Shown here: piece after piece, positions 29,340-37,252 of the stretch | Position numbering within the stretch: position 1 is the first letter of the stretch | How the letters are laid out: each line of letters starts with the position of its first letter | NCBI GenBank assembly: GCA_049320885.1 | Contig: JBMORA010000001.1 | Span: 417,307-481,306, forward strand | Origin: Thermodesulfobacteriota bacterium | GTDB taxonomy: Bacteria > Desulfobacterota > Desulfobacteria > Desulfobacterales > SURF-7 | Direction of reading: 5' to 3' | Length of the DNA: 64,000 bases | The notes under the pieces: model-generated | Seen by the model: the letters and a program-made list of their open reading frames with translations, nothing else | Databases searched by the model: none | Told to the model about the DNA's origin: nothing | Program-made: the position numbers and the translations under genes

Positions 29340-29366
29340 AACCGCGCCTGGTGTGCCGGCGCGGTT
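29340..29366 (-). terminator. 9-bp GC hairpin after the CAP gene (weak terminator or processing site)
   Basis: AACCGCGCC-N9-GGCGCGGTT with only a short T run. Confidence 0.4.
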
Positions 29367-29410
29367 CCTGAACCGTATTACAGAAAAATCAGATAGTCTT
29401 ATTTGTTTTA

Positions 29411-30862
29411 TCAGTTGTCCGTGGAAACCGGTAAACCGATTTTCCAGGCGTTCCAAACGCTGCCTGCTCCCCCATCCGTCCAATTCTCGTTGTTCAGCAC
29501 CCCCGGCCAGATCACCAGCCGCGTGCCTCCCGGATCCAGCGGCAGTTCCAGCCCGCCGACCGCATCCGTGGCCAGCTCCAGCTTGACATTGGGATAATCG
29601 ACAAACAGCGGCAATCCCGGGATTCCTTCGCCCGGATCGAACAGGTTGTTGCCGTTTCCATCCGCGTAGGCCACGCCCATGACCCGTGATGTCCCGGCCG
29701 CCGCCGGCGTCGCGAAGACAACCGTCACCAGATACAGATGGCGGAATTCCTCCCCCTCCCGCGGTGCCACCGGGCGCAAGCCGATGCCCATTTCCGTCAG
29801 GGCCGGATGGAACAACTGCCGGGCCTCGCTCCCGCTTTCGCTGAAGGCCCGAAACAGCAATTGCTCGAACACCGCCTCACTCACCTCCGCCAGGGGCGTT
29901 TCCGGTTCCAGGGCGAGGATATCGATGATCTGGGCGAACTCCCGCGGTTCATACCCGGCTGCCTTCAGCCTGTCCGGAGTCGACCGGCCGTCATATCCGT
30001 TGGGATCGAAATACCGGTGAGCCGCCATTTCCTCGGTGTGGGCCTGCGCGGCCCAGCCCAAGGTTTCATCGGCGGACAATGCCTGCATGCCGCTGGTCAG
30101 CGCGGCGCGCCATTCGGGTCGGGTTGTCAGAATGGTTTCCGGATTCAAGCCCATCGCGGCAGCCACCTCTACCGGTTTGGTTCTTGCCTGGTTGATCAGA
30201 TGCGCCAGAATTGTCTCCGCTTCCTGCAGGGAGCCGACCTGCGATGCACCTGAAACGCCAAAATCGCATACGGCAAGATACACATTGTAGGCAGTTTTCC
30301 CAATCGTCAATGATCCGGTCTGGACGCCGATACCGATATGGGTAAAATGGGGGTTGAGCAACTTACGCTCCACGTCGGCGCCGGTTTGCAGCTCATCTAA
30401 AAACATGTTTTTAAACAAAATGTCAACTGCTTTTTGCGGTTCGATGAAATTTTTGAAGGCCACCAGCCCCAGGCTTTCACCGGTCATAAGCGGCATAAAC
30501 CCCTGAAACCGTATTCGATCCTCATGGGTTAAGCCGTCCGGGGAAACGGTGCTGTAATAATTCCGGGCCAGCATATCCCCGGTATGTTCGCGGGCCGCCG
30601 CCGAAAGCGATTCCTGCGCCTGCAGGGGCATGAGCCCGCTGTTCAGGATATCACCGAATTCCGGCAGGGCTGCGAGCAGCGCCTTCGGGTCTTTCCCCAG
30701 GGAGGCCGCCGTCGCCAACGGATTGGAGCGGGCCGCATTGATCCGGTTCATCAGCATGGCTTCCATATTCCTGGACTGATCATATGGTTCATCCGCCCGG
30801 GCCACGCCCGCCACCGGCAAGGCAAACAGAAAAAGCAATATGAAGCGGAGGCAATATGTCAT
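29411..30862 (-). CDS. Secreted protein with two CAP (SCP) domains and a C-terminal SdrD-B-like domain
   Basis: Signal peptide; two copies of IN.AR..P...L..AA..H...M....Y...G.G; C-terminal GVAYADGNGNNLFDPGEGIPG. Confidence 0.8.
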   Translation of the reverse strand: MTYCLRFILLFLFALPVAGVARADEPYDQSRNMEAMLMNRINAARSNPLATAASLGKDPKALLAALPEFGDILNSGLMPLQAQESLSAAAREHTGDMLARNYYSTVSPDGLTHEDRIRFQGFMPLMTGESLGLVAFKNFIEPQKAVDILFKNMFLDELQTGADVERKLLNPHFTHIGIGVQTGSLTIGKTAYNVYLAVCDFGVSGASQVGSLQEAETILAHLINQARTKPVEVAAAMGLNPETILTTRPEWRAALTSGMQALSADETLGWAAQAHTEEMAAHRYFDPNGYDGRSTPDRLKAAGYEPREFAQIIDILALEPETPLAEVSEAVFEQLLFRAFSESGSEARQLFHPALTEMGIGLRPVAPREGEEFRHLYLVTVVFATPAAAGTSRVMGVAYADGNGNNLFDPGEGIPGLPLFVDYPNVKLELATDAVGGLELPLDPGGTRLVIWPGVLNNENWTDGGAGSVWNAWKIGLPVSTDN

Positions 30863-30876
30863 GGCGCACCTGGCTT

Positions 30877-30893
30877 ATGCAACGAAAATGCCA
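30877..30893 (-). promoter_or_regulatory. Sigma54 (-24/-12) promoter
   Basis: TGGCATTTTCGTTGCAT has exact GG-N10-GC spacing with TTGC. AT tract about 65-80 bp upstream. The predicted start leaves only about 5 nt of leader. Confidence 0.65.
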
Positions 30894-31047
30894 TCCATTC
30901 CCGACGCGGTTACCCTCCTCCGATCCGATCGTTCATTTGCTGGATAACAATCCGTTTTTATATTATATATTCGTTCAGAAAAAACTGCGCTGATGGGTCC
31001 CACCCCCCTGTTTGCCCAGCGGTGCGGTTGCTTGCCGCCGTTTCGAT

Positions 31048-31083
31048 TGGCTAGATTTAGCCAGCCATGGCTGATTTCGACCA
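31048..31083. promoter_or_regulatory. Tandem palindromes, candidate enhancer for the adjacent sigma54 activator
   Basis: TGGCTAGATTTAGCCA and TGGCTGATTTCGACCA, starts 20 bp apart, about 180-215 bp upstream of the predicted start. Confidence 0.55.
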
Positions 31084-31135
31084 GCTTCCCGCCGGCGACA
31101 TTCACTTTCCGTTTCGCTCTATCCGAACCGCCCAT

Positions 31136-31200
31136 CTGGATGCCGGATCAAGTCCGGCATGACGAAAACCGAGATACCCGACTTTTTACAATTCCATCAA
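31136..31200. repeat. REP/MITE-like palindromic element, apparently only one half
   Basis: CTGGATGCCGGATCAAGTCCGGCATGAC hairpin followed by GACTTTTTAC...CATCAA. Resembles intergenic repeats recalled from deltaproteobacterial genomes; single copy here. Confidence 0.5.
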
Positions 31201-31214
31201 TATTGAATTATTTT

Positions 31215-33320
31215 TTACCACTTGTATCGCAACATCACCTGGACGGTCCGGGGCGGCCCCTCGATGACCCGATACTGTCCCGGCTGGGTGTATTCCCGGT
31301 CCAACAGATTCCGAACCGACAGGGTCAACTCCATGCTCGGAATCACGAAACGGTGGACCGTGGCATTCCAGTCCAACAGCCAGGCCTCCTTGCAGGTGAT
31401 GACCGCTTCCTCCCGGGGATGGATCAGGTCCCGGGCAGAGATATACCGCAATATGCCCGTGGTGCTGAACCGCTGGACGGGTCGCCAGGTACCGATCAGA
31501 TTGAACAATCGGTCAGGCCCCAGATCGTAGGGATAAACCAGTTCGACATAGTGTTTTTCGACGCTGCCGTCCGGCCGGATGAAATCATAATCGTTGTACA
31601 GGTATTTCTCATCCGGCCCGCTGTTGCTCAGCACCGTGAAATTGAGTTCCACATCCAGGGTGTCATGGGGATGCAGGCGGGTTTCGAATTCAAGCCCGTT
31701 GATTGTCTGCGTGTTGGGACTGCTCAAGCCCGCGTAGGGATCCTCCATCACATGATTGGCGATACGGTTGTTGAAGCCGCAGAGCGACATATCCAAAACC
31801 ATGGAGGGCTTCCAGGCGACCTGGGCGCTGAGATTGGTGATTTTCTCCGGCTCGAGTTCGTCTTCTTCCCGCAGCTGGCTCGCATAGGGCGTGCGGAAAG
31901 CCGTTCCGTGAAACAGCTTGACCACCCACTGCCGGTTCGGCGACCAGACCAGCCCCGTATTGTAGCTGACGGCGTCATCGTATTCATCGTGGGCATCGTT
32001 CCGAAGCCCGAGCAGTATATCCACCGGCCCCATTTTGTGGACGTACTGACCGAAAACAGACACCAGGCGTGTATGATAATCCACCTGATCGAGTTCGGGC
32101 AGCAGGTTTTCGTTTTCCGGCCCCAAATAGTCCGGCAGATAGCCGTCCCAGATGAGAGCGTCATCGACCCGCCGGTCCCGGTAGGAAGCCCCGGCGGTCA
32201 GCAACCCCCGTCCCGCCATCAGGGTGTGATCGAAAATCAGTTCCGTGTAGAAACTGTTTTCATTCTGCTCGATGGTGCGATCGATGATATCGTATTCCGG
32301 ATTCAGCATACTGTAGCTGGCGGTGAAACGAAGCGCGGAACGAAAGTCGAGACGCTGTTTGCTTTCCAGTTTCAGAAAACCGGAAGGTACTCTTTCCGTT
32401 TCGCGCCAGGTATAGTCCCCTCCCTGTTCCGCCAGGGCATAGGGATGCCGGTAATCGGATATCCGGCCGGAAAGGGAAAAGCGTTCGCCGTGGGAAACCC
32501 GGCCGGCAGCCTCCACATACTGGGAATCTCCGACGCTTGCCGTACCGTATCGGTTCTCGGGAGGAACCGCCTCTTCCAGATCGCCCCAGAATCGGACGAC
32601 ATTGACATCGCCGTCCTCCTCCTGCTGCTGATGGTGGGCGCTGACCGAAAAAAATGCATCCCAGTTTCCCGAAAGGAATCCGGCGTTGGCATAGGCGCCC
32701 ACCGGATGACCGGGCTCCCCGAAATAGCCGCCCACCTCGCCGCCCTGCACATCCCGGCCGGTGAGGGGGACAATATTGACCACCCCGGCAAAAGCGTCCG
32801 GACCCCACAGGACCGAACCCGGTCCGCTGACGATTTCGATCCGCTTCACCGATTCGAGCGACATCTCCCTGTCCAGAAATTGCAGCGATTTGGATACCTC
32901 CGAACCCATCGGCACCGTATCGTATAAACAAAGGATGGAATTGGAGACGCCGCGCATATAGGCTTGCGTGCCGCTTTCGCGGCCGGCCATGTGGAATCCA
33001 GGCACCAGCGCCAAGGCTTCACCGAGGGTGGAAACTCCGCGTTCACGGATCTGTTCCCTTGTGACCACGTGGGCCACAGCCGGCACCTGCCAGGCGCTTT
33101 CCTCCCGGCGCGTGGCAATGGACAAAACGTCCAGCGACTCTCCAACAAACATGAGCAACGTATCGCTTTCGGCCGCTCCATCCGGCTTCACTTCGCCTTC
33201 AGCCCCGGCTCCCGCTCCCGGCCGGATCAATACGACCATCAGACAGCAGCACAGGAAAAGATTGCCCACCCGATGAAACAGCCTTGCGATTCCGCGCAGG
33301 ATAAAATCGTTTTTTTTCAT
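31215..33320 (-). CDS. TonB-dependent receptor
   Basis: Plug motifs VVTREQI, LALVPG, RIEIVSGPGSVLWG; barrel GTAFRTP, LEPEK, SVRNLLD; C-terminal YKW. Start uncertain. Confidence 0.9.
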   Translation of the reverse strand: MKKNDFILRGIARLFHRVGNLFLCCCLMVVLIRPGAGAGAEGEVKPDGAAESDTLLMFVGESLDVLSIATRREESAWQVPAVAHVVTREQIRERGVSTLGEALALVPGFHMAGRESGTQAYMRGVSNSILCLYDTVPMGSEVSKSLQFLDREMSLESVKRIEIVSGPGSVLWGPDAFAGVVNIVPLTGRDVQGGEVGGYFGEPGHPVGAYANAGFLSGNWDAFFSVSAHHQQQEEDGDVNVVRFWGDLEEAVPPENRYGTASVGDSQYVEAAGRVSHGERFSLSGRISDYRHPYALAEQGGDYTWRETERVPSGFLKLESKQRLDFRSALRFTASYSMLNPEYDIIDRTIEQNENSFYTELIFDHTLMAGRGLLTAGASYRDRRVDDALIWDGYLPDYLGPENENLLPELDQVDYHTRLVSVFGQYVHKMGPVDILLGLRNDAHDEYDDAVSYNTGLVWSPNRQWVVKLFHGTAFRTPYASQLREEDELEPEKITNLSAQVAWKPSMVLDMSLCGFNNRIANHVMEDPYAGLSSPNTQTINGLEFETRLHPHDTLDVELNFTVLSNSGPDEKYLYNDYDFIRPDGSVEKHYVELVYPYDLGPDRLFNLIGTWRPVQRFSTTGILRYISARDLIHPREEAVITCKEAWLLDWNATVHRFVIPSMELTLSVRNLLDREYTQPGQYRVIEGPPRTVQVMLRYKW

Positions 33321-33387
33321 AACCGATTTGATTCCCATCCAAAACGACCCGCATCCGTCATTCGCGATTGCCGATCCGTCATATCCC

Positions 33388-34731
33388 TCATCCAAGATTT
33401 TTCAGGAACACCCGGAGCTTTGCCCGGGTCAGCCCCAGCAATTTGGCCGCCTGGGTCTGGTTGTTGCCGGTCATCCGCAGGGCCTGATGGACCATTTCCT
33501 TGTTGAAATCCTCCAGACAAATCCCCCCCGGTGGCAGCTGGAAGTTCCGGGAACCCGGGTCGGAAGCACCAGCATTGTTCAAAAAAGAAAGCGTTTCGGC
33601 CGTAATGGCTTCCCGGTCCGATCCGATGATCATGGCCCGCTCCATGGCATTGGCGAGTTCCCGGACATTACCCGGCCACCGGTAGGCCGTCAGCATGCGC
33701 CCCGCGCCGTCGGTCAATTCCATGGCCCGGCCTTCTCCGAGGAGATTGAGAAAATGCTGGCACAGGGGCAGAATATCCTCCGTCCGTTCCCGCAGGGGAG
33801 GCAGTTCAATGGGCACCACATTGATGCGGTAAAACAAGTCCTGCCGAAAACGGCCGTTCCGGACCGATTCCATCAGGTTTTGATTGGTGGCGCATATGAA
33901 ACGTGCATCCACGGGTATTTCCTCGTTTCCTCCCACGCGCCGGACGGTTTTTTCCTGGAGGGTCCGCAGCAGCTTGGCCTGGGCTTCCAGCGGCAGGTCG
34001 CCGATCTCGTCCATCAACAGAGTGCCCTGGGAGGCGAATTCAAATTTCCCCTTGGTTCTTCGTTCCGCCCCCGTGAAAGCGCCTTTTTCATATCCGAACA
34101 ATTCCGATTCCACCAAGGAAGCCGGGATGGCCGCGCAGTTGATGGGCACGAAACGACCGTTTCTCCGTCCGCTCTGGCTGTGTATGTATCGGGCCAACAA
34201 TTCCTTGCCGGTCCCGGACTCGCCTTGAATCATCACCACCGAGTCGCTGCGGGCCACCTTGGCCGCCAGTTCCATCACGGACTGCATCGCCTTGGAGCGA
34301 TAGACGATGTCGCCGGCGCCGGCCACCAGGGAAAGCTCCCGCTTCAGTTCCTTGTTTTCCTGTATCACTCTGGAAAAGTTCAAGGTTCTTTCAATAGTGA
34401 GCTGGATGCGGTCCTCCTCGAACGGTTTGGTGATATAATCGGAGGCCCCCATGCGCATGGATTCCACCGCCGAGTCCACGGTGGCGAACGCAGTGATGAA
34501 AACGAAGGGACACGGCAGGTCTTCCGCCTTGACCTTCTGCAGCAGTTCGACGCCGCTCATGCGGGGCATCTTGATATCGCTGATCACCATGTCATAAGGT
34601 GTTTCCTTGATCTTCGCATATGCCTCCAACCCGTCCGAGGCCTGTTCCGTTGTATGACCGTTTCGCTGCAGCAACAGGGCCAGGAGATGACGCATTTTTT
34701 CTTCATCATCGACGATCAGTATGTGAGCCAT
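33388..34731 (-). CDS. Sigma54-dependent response regulator (NtrC/AtoC family)
   Basis: REC domain (VDDE, SDIKMP), GESGTGKE, GAFTGA, WPGNVREL, C-terminal Fis-type HTH. Confidence 0.95.
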   Translation of the reverse strand: MAHILIVDDEEKMRHLLALLLQRNGHTTEQASDGLEAYAKIKETPYDMVISDIKMPRMSGVELLQKVKAEDLPCPFVFITAFATVDSAVESMRMGASDYITKPFEEDRIQLTIERTLNFSRVIQENKELKRELSLVAGAGDIVYRSKAMQSVMELAAKVARSDSVVMIQGESGTGKELLARYIHSQSGRRNGRFVPINCAAIPASLVESELFGYEKGAFTGAERRTKGKFEFASQGTLLMDEIGDLPLEAQAKLLRTLQEKTVRRVGGNEEIPVDARFICATNQNLMESVRNGRFRQDLFYRINVVPIELPPLRERTEDILPLCQHFLNLLGEGRAMELTDGAGRMLTAYRWPGNVRELANAMERAMIIGSDREAITAETLSFLNNAGASDPGSRNFQLPPGGICLEDFNKEMVHQALRMTGNNQTQAAKLLGLTRAKLRVFLKNLG

Positions 34732-34827
34732 TGTCTTCACTCCTTCCAATCGGATATCTTTCCCCCCGCCTTCCCCCCTCTGCGTCGACCGTGGGCCGCA
34801 ACCGGCTTCTTGCCGCATGGTGCATGA

Positions 34828-36249
34828 CTATCTTCCCTGCTGCAGGGGAATGTCCACCGTGAAAAGCGCCCCACCCGAATCGGCATCCTCCACCAGGATG
34901 AACCCTCCATGGGATTTGAAAACCTGGGAGGCGAACGCCAGCCCCAGGCCCGTGCCTTTGGCTCGTGTTGTGAAGAACGGTTCAAAGATTTTTCCCTTGT
35001 CATCCGGACGAATGCCACCGCCGTTGTCCTCGATCTGCACCCGCCAGCGGTCGAAATCGACTTCCGCCTTGATCCGCACATATCCGTTCTCCCCCGCCGC
35101 CTGGCAGGCATTTTCGATGATGTTGCCGAAAGCCCGGACCATCAAATCACGGTCCGCATGACGGATCGCCGGCCGTTCCGGCAGATCGAGATTCAACTGC
35201 AGGGCGGACTGATGGTGCAGCATTTCAAAACGCCGGAATACATCATCCAGCATCTGATTGAGATCAACGGTCCGGAAAACCGGTTTCGTCGGTCTGGCGA
35301 ACTGCAGAAAGGCCTCGATCATGCTGTTAAGGCGGCGGATTTCATCCTCGATATAACCCACCAGGGTCTGCTCGCTGCTCAGGTTGTAATCGCGCTTGAT
35401 CATATCCAGGGAAGTTTTGATAATGGCCAGCGGATTTTTCACCTCATGGGCGATCATCAGGGAAAATTTTCCCATTTCCGCCAGGGATTTCTGCTTCATC
35501 ATTTCCCGGTTCACCCGGGCAAGATCCTCCTGGCTTTCCTTCAAGGAATCCAGCATGGCGTTAAACGATTTCGCCAGCGCCCTGGTTTCCGGCAATTTAC
35601 CGGGCCGGGCTCTCAATTCGAAGTCCCCCCGGCCGATGTGCATGGCGGTGGCGGTCAGTTGTTTCAATTCGGAACCGATGGGCCGGGACACGAAATAAAA
35701 CACCAGGCCGGCAATCAGTGCCAGACCCAGGGACATCCAGATGAATCTGCGCGCGATATCGGCCATCAGCAGATCGATTCCATGGGTGCTGAAGTGGATG
35801 CGCACCTTGCCGATATGGTCCACGATCGCGGTCCGCACGGGTTCGAAAGGGGTACGCGCCACGACTTTCCCGCCGGAAAATACGATATTCTCGTCGCTCG
35901 CCCGCTTGAAAACCACCGGCGTCTCCACCAGCGACAGGGGGCCTTCGGCGGATCGGGACAAATCCACCAGCGTATTGTTGTGATTATCCAGAATCAGCAC
36001 CCGCGCCACATCCTTTTCCCCCAGCAGGTTATGAGCCAGATTTTTCAGTCCCTCCTTGTCATTGATCAGGACCCCCACTTCCGAATTCAGGGCCAGGTAC
36101 CGGGCCAGAAACGCTATCCGGTCCTCGAAGCGCTCATGCATGAAACGGCTGGTGATCCGCACCCCCACGATGCCGAAAATGGCCGTGGAAGCGCCGATCA
36201 GCACAAAAGCCGCCAGCAGAAAGCGCGTATGGATACCGGGACTTTTCAC
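34828..36249 (-). CDS. Sensor histidine kinase (2 TM, HAMP, HisKA, HATPase)
   Basis: AHEVKNPL, NIIENA, DNGGG, FEPFFTT, GTGLGL. Confidence 0.95.
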   Translation of the reverse strand: MKSPGIHTRFLLAAFVLIGASTAIFGIVGVRITSRFMHERFEDRIAFLARYLALNSEVGVLINDKEGLKNLAHNLLGEKDVARVLILDNHNNTLVDLSRSAEGPLSLVETPVVFKRASDENIVFSGGKVVARTPFEPVRTAIVDHIGKVRIHFSTHGIDLLMADIARRFIWMSLGLALIAGLVFYFVSRPIGSELKQLTATAMHIGRGDFELRARPGKLPETRALAKSFNAMLDSLKESQEDLARVNREMMKQKSLAEMGKFSLMIAHEVKNPLAIIKTSLDMIKRDYNLSSEQTLVGYIEDEIRRLNSMIEAFLQFARPTKPVFRTVDLNQMLDDVFRRFEMLHHQSALQLNLDLPERPAIRHADRDLMVRAFGNIIENACQAAGENGYVRIKAEVDFDRWRVQIEDNGGGIRPDDKGKIFEPFFTTRAKGTGLGLAFASQVFKSHGGFILVEDADSGGALFTVDIPLQQGR

Positions 36250-37241
36250 GGCTTCTCCTCTTCCTTCTCGCCGCCGGCCTGCCCTTCAAAGGGAATGTGC
36301 AACGCCTCCAGCACCTGATGGTTCAGCAACACCTTGAAGGCGGGAACGGCCAGATGGCAAGGGCGCCCTTCCAGCCGGTCCAGCCCCATGGCTGCCGCCT
36401 GTTTCCCGATGGCCTGGTAATCGCACACCAGGCCCAGCGCCGCGCCGCTGTCGGTAAAAAACCGATTGTATCCCAGCACCGCCACGTTGCTGGCAATGGC
36501 TTCCTTGATCAGGAACAGGATAATGCTCTCGGAAATCACCGTGTGGTCCGGAATCACCCACAAGGCGTTGATGTCCTTGCGGTGTTTTTTAAAAACCGCC
36601 AGGATGTCGCTGCGGGATTTCACCGTGAGGGGGACGATGTCGATACCGTGATCCCGGGCCGCCGCCGCCGCGCCGGCCGCGAAATCACTGTTGTTGGCGG
36701 GGTCATAGATCAGGCCGATCCGCCTGGTCTTGGGCAATTTCCGGCCGATCTCCCTGACCTGGATTTGGGCCGGGATGTCCAACGGGATTCCGCACCACCC
36801 CTTGGCTTCCGGCACGATCTTTTCCGGATGCAGCACCATGGCGAAAACCTTGGGAACCGTTTCATCCGGAAAGGTTTTCCAGATCAACTCCATGGCCTCC
36901 GGACCGACGGCGATCAGCAGATGGAAACGCTCCTTTTTCAGCCGGCGGATCAAAACCGTGTGATCCGGGTCCGTCTCCGGTTCCAGAAACGACACGTCCA
37001 ACGACATATGGTCTTTCTGTTCGAAAGAAGATTGGATTCCCTGGAGTGCATCCAGATACGGCCTGATTTTCTGGGAAACCACCACCGCCGCGCTGGAAGG
37101 CGGCGGATTTTCCGCAGGCAAGACCCGGCCGGCCGCCATTAGCGTCACCATCAGACTCGCCATCAGGACCGGCAACAGACCGACGCCCGTCCTTCGCGGT
37201 GCTGCAAAAACCGCTTTCTCCTTTTGGCCGCCTGGTCTCAT
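36246..37241 (-). CDS. Periplasmic ABC-type substrate-binding-like protein, with no transporter genes alongside
   Basis: Signal peptide; IGLIYDP, ALWVIPD, GKQAA; stop overlaps the kinase start. Confidence 0.8.
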   Translation of the reverse strand: MRPGGQKEKAVFAAPRRTGVGLLPVLMASLMVTLMAAGRVLPAENPPPSSAAVVVSQKIRPYLDALQGIQSSFEQKDHMSLDVSFLEPETDPDHTVLIRRLKKERFHLLIAVGPEAMELIWKTFPDETVPKVFAMVLHPEKIVPEAKGWCGIPLDIPAQIQVREIGRKLPKTRRIGLIYDPANNSDFAAGAAAAARDHGIDIVPLTVKSRSDILAVFKKHRKDINALWVIPDHTVISESIILFLIKEAIASNVAVLGYNRFFTDSGAALGLVCDYQAIGKQAAAMGLDRLEGRPCHLAVPAFKVLLNHQVLEALHIPFEGQAGGEKEEEKP

Positions 37242-37252
37242 CGATTGCTGGA

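Noticed and set aside
29343..29358. Sigma54 promoter for the S-layer candidate (CGGCACACCAGGCGC on the minus strand)
   Set aside because: GG-N10-GC spacing is present but the TT before GC is missing, and it lies within a GC hairpin.
27607..29586. 659-aa plus-strand ORF, and similar long ORFs at 10217, 12107, 30993, 37199, 48883 and 52850
   Set aside because: Antisense or alternate-frame shadows of well-supported genes, expected with GC-rich codon bias; no motifs.
24034..30862. PEP-CTERM/exosortase sorting of the secreted proteins
   Set aside because: No PEP-TM-basic C-termini and no exosortase gene in the window.
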